The notes under the pieces are model-generated. The model saw nothing but the letters and a program-made list of their open reading frames with translations, was not told where the DNA came from and searched no databases. 64,000 nt of DNA from Eledone cirrhosa (taxonomy: Eukaryota). The stretch lies in assembly GCA_964016885.1 (NCBI GenBank), contig OZ024752.1:44516001-44580000 (forward strand), read 5' to 3'. Numbering within the stretch: position 1 is the first letter of the stretch; each line of letters begins with the position of its first letter. The position numbers and the translations under genes are program-made. Below are positions 56,640-64,000 of the stretch, one piece after another.

Positions 56640-56790
56640 TTGTAGGGTTTGCTTAGAGAGTTGAATTCATAATAGTAAGGTTGTGAGTTTGATTTCCAGG
56701 CTGGGCAGAGCATTGTGTCCTTAAGCAAGACACTTTATTTCACGTTGTTTCAGTTTACTCAGCTGTAGAAATAAGTTGACACGTCACCGG
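56640..56790 (+). mobile_element. tRNA-derived SINE
   Basis: B-box-like GAGTTTGATTTCC followed by the widespread SINE core GTGTCCTTAAGCAAGACACTTT. Another SINE piece lies at ~55395-55460. Confidence 0.6.
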
Positions 56791-56832
56791 TGCCATTATC
56801 TTTCCCCTGGACAACATCGGTGGCCTGGAAGA

Positions 56833-57130
56833 GGGGAGACTGCTGGTCTTCCTGGAGAGGGGAGACTGGCGGAGGGGAGACTGGCGGAGGGGAGACTGGC
56901 GGAGGGGAGACTGGTAGGGGAGACTGGTATGGGAGACTGGCGAAAGGGAGACTGGTATGGGAGACTGGCGAAGGGGAGACTGGTAGGGGAGACTGGTATG
57001 GGAGACTGGCGAAGGGGAGACTGGTATGGGAGACTGGCGAAGGGGAGACTGGTATGGGAGACTGGCGAAGGGGAGACTGGTATGGGAGACTGGCGAAGGG
57101 GAGACTGGTATGGGAGACTGCTGGTCTTCC
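56833..57130. repeat. GGAGACTGG-based 14/15-bp array with 29-bp higher-order unit
   Basis: GGAGACTGGCGAAGG and GGAGACTGGTATG alternate. Confidence 0.92.
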
Positions 57131-57376
57131 ACAAACAACCTTGGCTGGGATTGTGCCTCGGAGGGGAAGTTTCTAGGTTCAATTCCGTCGGTCACTCGTG
57201 ACAGAAGTGGGCCTTTGCTCTTACAACAATGTACATAGATATATACATACATATGTATACATACACACATATACATATATATATATATATATGTACATAT
57301 ACATACACACACATACATACATACATACAAACAGATATATGACGAAATGTGTGTGCGTGTGCATGTGTGTGTGTTC

Positions 57377-57407
<31 letters not shown>

Positions 57408-57495
57408 CACGTGTGTATGTGTGTGCATGTGTGTGTGTGCGTGCGTGTGTGTGTGTGCATGTGTGTGTGTGCATGTGTGTGCATGTGTGTGTGTG

Positions 57496-57536
<41 letters not shown>

Positions 57537-57560
57537 ATGTGTGTGAGTGTGTTTGCGCGT

Positions 57561-57620
<60 letters not shown>

Positions 57621-58094
57621 GCAGGCATGTGAAAATGTATGTATATTGTGTATATAGGTATCTGGTGTATAGTGGTGGGTGTAGAATAGCTAATTACCAT
57701 CTACTGCACTGTGGAACATTCTAGAAGGAGAAATAATGGCAGCACATTGATTGATTTTTCTAGTTTTTACTGTGGTTGTTGTTGTTGCTATGTGGTGGTG
57801 GTGGTGGTGGTGGTGGTGGTGGTGGTGGTGGTGGTGATGGGGTGGGGTGGGGGTACAGTGGTGGTGGTGGTGTCAGTGGTGATGGTGATGGTGGTGGTAG
57901 TGATGGGGGGTCAGTGGTGGTGGTGATGGTGGTGTCAGTGGTGGTGGTGATGGTGGTGTCAGTGGGGGGGGGGGGGGGGTCGTCAGCGGTGTCAGTGGTG
58001 GTGGTGGTAGTAGTGGTGTAGGTAAGACTCAGTACAAAAGAAGGTACTGGAAGATTAGGAAGGAAAATGGCAGTTATGTCAGATGAGGCACTTG

Positions 58095-61000
58095 TGTCTA
58101 CTGTGTAGATATAGTGTGTTGATGTGTGTGTGTCTACTGTGTAGATATAGTGTGTTGCTGTGTGTCTACTGTGTAGATATAGTGTGTTGATGTGTGTCTA
58201 CTGTGTAGATATAGTGTGTTGATGTGTGTGTGTCTACTGTGTAGATATAGTGTGTTTATGTGTGTCTACTGTGTAGATATAGTGTGTTGATGTGTGTGTT
58301 GATGTGTGTCTACTGTGTAGATATAGTGTGTTGATGTGTGTGTGTCTACTGGGTAGATAGAGTGTGTTGATGTGTGTCTACTGTGTAGATATAGTGTGTT
58401 GATGTGTGTCTATTGTGTAGATATAGTGTGTTGATGTGTGTCTACTGTGTTGACGTGTGTGTGACTGTGTAGATATAGTGTGTTGATGTGTGTGACTGTG
58501 TAGATATAGTGTGTTGATGTGTGTGTGTGTCTACTGTGTAGATATAGTGTGTTGATGTGTGTCTACTGTGTAGATATAGTGTGTTGATGTGTGTGTGTCT
58601 ACTGTGTAGATATAGTGTGTCGATGTGTGTCTACTGTGTAAATATAGTGTGTTGATGTGTGTGTGTCTACTGTGTAGATATAGTGTGTTGATGTGTGTCT
58701 ACTGTGTAGATATAGTGTGTTGATGTGTGTCTATTGTGTAGATATAGTGTGTTGATGTGTGTCTACTGTGTTGACGTGTGTGTGACTGTGTAGATATAGT
58801 GTGTTGATGTGTGTGACTGTCTAGATATAGTGTGTTGATGTGTGTGTGTCTACTGTGTAGATATAGTGTGTTGATGTGTGTGTGTCTACTGTGTAGATAT
58901 AGTGTGTTGATGTGTGTGTGTGTGACTGTGTAGATATAGTGTGTTTATGTGTGTCTACTGTGTAGATATAGTGGGTTTATGTGTGTCTACTGTGTAGATA
59001 TAGTGTGTTGATGTGTGTCTACTGTGTAGATATAGTGTGTTTATGTGTGTCTACTGTGTAGATATAGTGTGTTGATGTGTGTCTACTGTATAGATATAGT
59101 GTGTTGATGTGTGTCTACTGTGTAGATATAGTGTGTTGATGTGTGTCTATTGTGTAGATATAGTGTGTTGATGTGTAGATCTACTGTGTAGATATAGTGT
59201 GTTGATGTCTGTCTACTGTGTAGATATAGTGTGTTGATGTGTGTGTGTGACTGTGTAGATATAGTGTGTTGATGTGTGTCTACTGTGTAGATATAGTGTG
59301 TTGATGTGTGTCTACTGTATAGATATAGTGTGTTGATGTGTGTCTACTGTGTAGATATAGTGTGTTGATGTGTGTCTACTGTGTAGATATAGTGTGTTGC
59401 TGTGTGTCTACTGTGTAGATAGAGTGTGTTGATGTGTAGATCTACTGTGTAGATATAGTGTGTTGATGTCTGTCTACTGTGTAGATATAGTGTGTTGATG
59501 TGTAGATCTACTGTGTAGATGTAGTGTGTTGATGTGTAGATCTACTGTGTAGATATAGTGTGTTGATGTGTAGATCTACTGTGTAGATATAGTGTGTTGA
59601 TGTGTAGATCTACTGTGTAGATGTAGTGTGTTGATGTGTAGATCTACTGTGTAGATAGAGTGTGTTGATGTGTAGATATAGTGTGTTGATGTCTGTCTAC
59701 TGTGTAGATATAGTGTGTTGATGTGTAGATCTACTGTGTAGATATAGTGTGTTGATGTGTAGATCTACTGTGTAGATATAGTGTGTTGATGTGTGTCTAC
59801 TGTGTAGATATAGTATTGATGTGTGTCTACTGTGTAGATATAGTGTGTTGATGTGTGTCTACTGTGTAGATATAGTGTGTTGCTGTGTGTCTACTGTGTA
59901 GATATAGTGTGTTGATGTGTGTCTACTGTGTAGATAGAGTGTGTTGATGTGTAGATCTACTGTGTAGATATAGTGTGTTGATGTCTGTCTACTGTGTAGA
60001 TATAGTGTGTTGATGTGTAGATCTACTATGTAGATGTAGTGTGTTGATGTGTAGATCTACTGTGTAGATATAGTGTGTTGATGTGTAGATCTACTGTGTA
60101 GATATAGTGTGTTGATGTGTGTCTACTGTGTAGATATAGTATTGATGTGTGTCTACTGTGTAGATATAGTGTGTTGATGTGTGTCTACTGTGTAGATATA
60201 GTGTGTTGATGTGTGTCTACTGTGCAGATATAGTGTGTTGATGTGTAGATCTACTGTGTAGATATAGTGTTGATGTGTGTCTACTGTGTAGATATAGTGT
60301 GTTGATGTGTGTCTACTGTGTAGATATAGTATTGATGTGTGTCTACTGTGTAGATATAGTGTGTTGATGTGTGTCTACTGTGTAGATATAGTGTGTTGAT
60401 GTGTAGATCTACTGTGTAGATATAGTGTTGATGTGTGTCTACTGTGTAGATATAGTGTGTTGATGTGTGTCTACTGTGTAGATATAGTGTGTTGCTGTGT
60501 GTCTACTGTGTTGATGTGGGTGTGATTGTGTAGATATAGTGTGTTGATGTGTGTCTTCTGTGTAGATATAGTGTGTTGATGTGTGTCTACTGTGTAGATA
60601 TAGTGTGTTGCTGTGTGTCTACTGTGTAGATATAGTATTGATGTGTGTCTACTGTGTAGATATAGTGTGTTGATGTGTGTCTACTGTGTAGATATAGTGT
60701 GTTGATGTGTAGATCTACTGTGTAGATATAGTGTTGATGTGTGTCTACTGTGTAGATATAGTGTGTTGATGTGTGTCTACTGTGTAGATATAGTGTGTTG
60801 ATGTGTGTCTACTGTGTAGATATAGTGTGTTGCTGTGTGTCTACTGTGTAGATATAGTATTGATGTGTGTCTACTGTGTAGATATAGTGTGTTGATGTGT
60901 GTCTACTGTGTAGATATAGTGTGTTGATGTGTAGATCTACTGTGTAGATATAGTGTGTTGCTGTGTGTCTACTGTGTTGATGTGTGTGTGATTGTGTAGA

Positions 61001-61115
61001 TATAGTGTGTTGATGTGTGTCTACTGTATAGATATAGTGTGTTGGTGTGTAGATCTACTGTGTAGATATAGTGTGTTGATGTGTGTCTACTGTGTAGATA
61101 TAGTGTGTAGATCTA
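58095..61115. repeat. ~31-36-bp minisatellite, ~3 kb
   Basis: CTACTGTGTAGATATAGTGTGTTGATGTGTGT with variable (GT)n and an AGATCT variant. Confidence 0.97.
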
Positions 61116-61132
61116 ATGTGTAGTTCTGTTTG

Positions 61133-62140
61133 TCCTCCTCCTTCACTCTCTCTCCTCCTCCTTCGCTCTCTCTCCCCCTCCTTCCCCCCCCCTCACTCTC
61201 TCTCTCTCTCCTCCTTCCCTCTCTCTCCCCTCATTCACCCTCTCTCCCCTCCTTCACTCTCTCTCTCCCTCCTTCACTCTCTCTCCCCCTCCTTCACTCT
61301 CTCTCCTCTCCTTCACTCTCTCACCCCTCGTTCACTCTCTCCCCCTCCTTCACCCCCCTCACTCTCGTTCACCCTCCTTCCCTATTTATCCCCCTCCTCC
61401 ACCCCCCTCACTCTCCCCCCTCCTTCACTCTCCCTCCTCCTCCTTCACTCTCCCTCCCCTCCTTCACTCTCTCTCCCCTCCTGCACTCTCTCTCCCCTCC
61501 TTCACTCTCCCTCCCCCTCCTTCACTCTTCCTCCCCTCCTTCACTCTCCCTCCCCTCCTTCACTCTCCCTCCCCTCCTTCACTCTCTCTCTCCCTCCTTC
61601 ACTCACTCTCCCCCTCCTTCACTCTCTCTCCCCCTCATTCACTCTCTCCCCCTCCTCCACTCTCCCCCCATCATTCCCTCTCTCTCCGCCTCCTTCACTC
61701 CCCTCCCCCTCCTCCACTCTATCTCCCCCTCCTTCACTCTCTCTACCCCTCCTTCACTCTCTCCCCTCCTTCACTCTCTCTCCCCCTCATTCACTCTCTC
61801 CCCCTCCTCCACTCTCCCCCCATCATTCCCTCTCTCTCCGCCTCCTTCACTCCCCTCCCCCTCCTCCACTCTCTCTCTCCTTCTTCACTCTATCTCCCCC
61901 TCCTCCACTCTCTCTCCCCCTCCTTCACTCTCTCTCCCCTCCTTCACTCTATCTCTCCCTCCTTCACTCTCTCTCCCCCTCCTTCACTCTCTCTCCCCCT
62001 CCTTCACTCTCTCTCCCCTCCTTCACTCTATCTCTCCCTCCTTCACTCTCTCTCCCCCTCCTTCACTCTCTCTCCCCCTCCTTCACTCTCTCCCCTCCTT
62101 CACTCTCTCTCCCCTCCTTCACTCTCTCTCCCCCTCCTTT
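61133..62140. repeat. ~1-kb polypyrimidine repeat (CCTCCTTCACTCTCTCTCC)n
   Basis: Almost pure C/T strand. Source of the 488/494-aa Ser/Pro/Leu ORFs. Confidence 0.95.
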
Positions 62141-62707
62141 ATTCATCAATCAAAACCAATCAATCGTTCATCAATCCACAACTTCTTCACTCATTCCTCT
62201 TATTCCTTCTTCTTCAGATTCCCCATCTTTTTTCTCCTTCGTTTTTACTCTCCTCCTCCTCTCCCTCCTCCTCTACCTCCTCCACTACCTCCTCCCATCT
62301 TTTTCCTTCTTTTTCCTTCTTTTTCCTCCTCTGTCCTCTTCAGTCTCACTTTTCTTCTTCTCTCCTCCCCTTCCTCCCCCAGTCCCCCCCAACCCCAGTC
62401 CCCACCCCACCCAGTCAACCCCACCCAATCTCACCCACCCCAGTCCCCACCCCACCCAGTCACCCCACCCAGCCTCCCCCCACCCCAGTCCCCACCCCCA
62501 CCCAGTCTCCCCCACCCCCACCAGGGATGCAGGAGAAGTCATTGCTCATTTATTTGCTCTCTACAACTATATCTACCATACAACAACTTGGCCTAATTAA
62601 CTATCTACACGTGTGTACGTGTGTGTCTGTGTACGTGTGTGTGTCTGTGTACGTGTGTGTGTCTGTGTGTGTACGTGTGTCCACATGTGTGTGTCTGTCT
62701 GTCTACT

Positions 62708-62764
<57 letters not shown>

Positions 62765-62793
62765 TTGTGTGTGTGTGTGTGTATAGTTATATA

Positions 62794-62866
<73 letters not shown>

Positions 62867-62957
62867 TTGTGTGTGTGTGTGTATAGTTATATATATATGT
62901 GTGTGTGTGTGTATAGTTATATATATATGTGTGTGTGTGTATAGTTATATATATATA

Positions 62958-63046
<89 letters not shown>

Positions 63047-63087
63047 TTGTGTGTGTATAGTTATATATATGTGTGTGTGTGTATAGT

Positions 63088-63124
<37 letters not shown>

Positions 63125-63703
63125 ATAGTTATATATATATGTGTGTGTGTGTATAGTTATATATGTGTGTGTGTGTCTACAGATTCCACTCCTCAGAAAT
63201 CTGTTTTTTTTTGTTTTTTTCTCAGCCCCCCCCCCCCCTCTTGTTCATGATAATCTTACATATAAATCACAGATACACACACATGCACACGCATATACAC
63301 ATATATACAAACACATTCACATACACATACACACACATAGACACATATATACACACACATACACACACACATACACACACAGGGACACATATTTCTGTAT
63401 ATATATATATATTATATATATATATGTATATAATAACTATAACTCTATGTTTATATACATATATATATATACACACCCTACCCACCACACACACACATGT
63501 AGTTGCAGCCATTTTAAGTCCGTTTATCCATACTGGTATGGGTTTGACAGGTCATTACAGGCCTGATTAATTGGAGCAACTCTCCTCCTTCTTCTCCTCC
63601 CTCTCCCTCTCACGTCCCCTCCCCCATCCTCCAAGGGTATCATCATACATTCCAGTTTTGGGCATGGTTGACACAGTTGGATGTCCATTCTAATGCCAAC
63701 CAC

Positions 63704-63780
<77 letters not shown>

Positions 63781-63799
63781 ACACACTGTACTACTCTTT

Positions 63800-63975
63800 G
63801 AAAAAAAATATAATTTGGTTTACACTCCCTACTCCTTATCAGCAGAAGGTTAACATAGTTTTAAAACATTTCCTTTCTGAACCTAGGTTTAAGAACATTT
63901 TCAATAGGAAGTCAACAAAGATCAGCTATGCTTGTGTTCCTTCCATGAAACCAAAAATTACAAATAGAAATTAAC
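63800..63975 (+). mobile_element. Penelope-like element fragment (Neptune-like thumb/linker region)
   Basis: KKNIIWF...KHF...KNIFNRKSTKISYACVPSMKPKITNRN matches the PLE motif IIWFNPP...KHF...IFNRNTVKVSYSCMPN. Confidence 0.75.
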
Positions 63976-64000
63976 CTGATGTAAACCTGGGATGTTCATT

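Overview
Eukaryotic, AT-rich and very microsatellite/minisatellite-dense genomic DNA. The repeat families and style point to an octopod cephalopod (inference, not verified). There is one recognisable host gene: the 5' end of an MTA1/2/3-family NuRD subunit on the minus strand. Its coding exons 8337-8310, 6561-6494 and 4112-4019 splice in frame to give [63 protein letters not shown], the start of the BAH domain. No further exon was found, so the gene presumably continues left of the window. A CpG-rich promoter with YY1, E-box and CRE motifs lies at about 8.3-8.6 kb. The remaining ~55 kb looks intergenic: decayed RTE LINE pieces, two kinds of Penelope-like element (Naiad-like and Neptune-like), tRNA-derived SINEs, palindromic MITE-like elements and more than 15 tandem arrays. 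Almost all long ORFs in the track are simple-repeat artefacts. I cannot support a wholly new biological system. The best leads are: small hammerhead-like and hairpin modules inserted in (TA)n tracts; an inverted twin-tRNA element; a B-box-like cluster and a hairpin-masked cryptic acceptor in MTA intron 2; uORFs in the MTA leader; a 39-bp array derived from a dispersed repeat; and a 20-bp array carrying many miR-279 seed matches.
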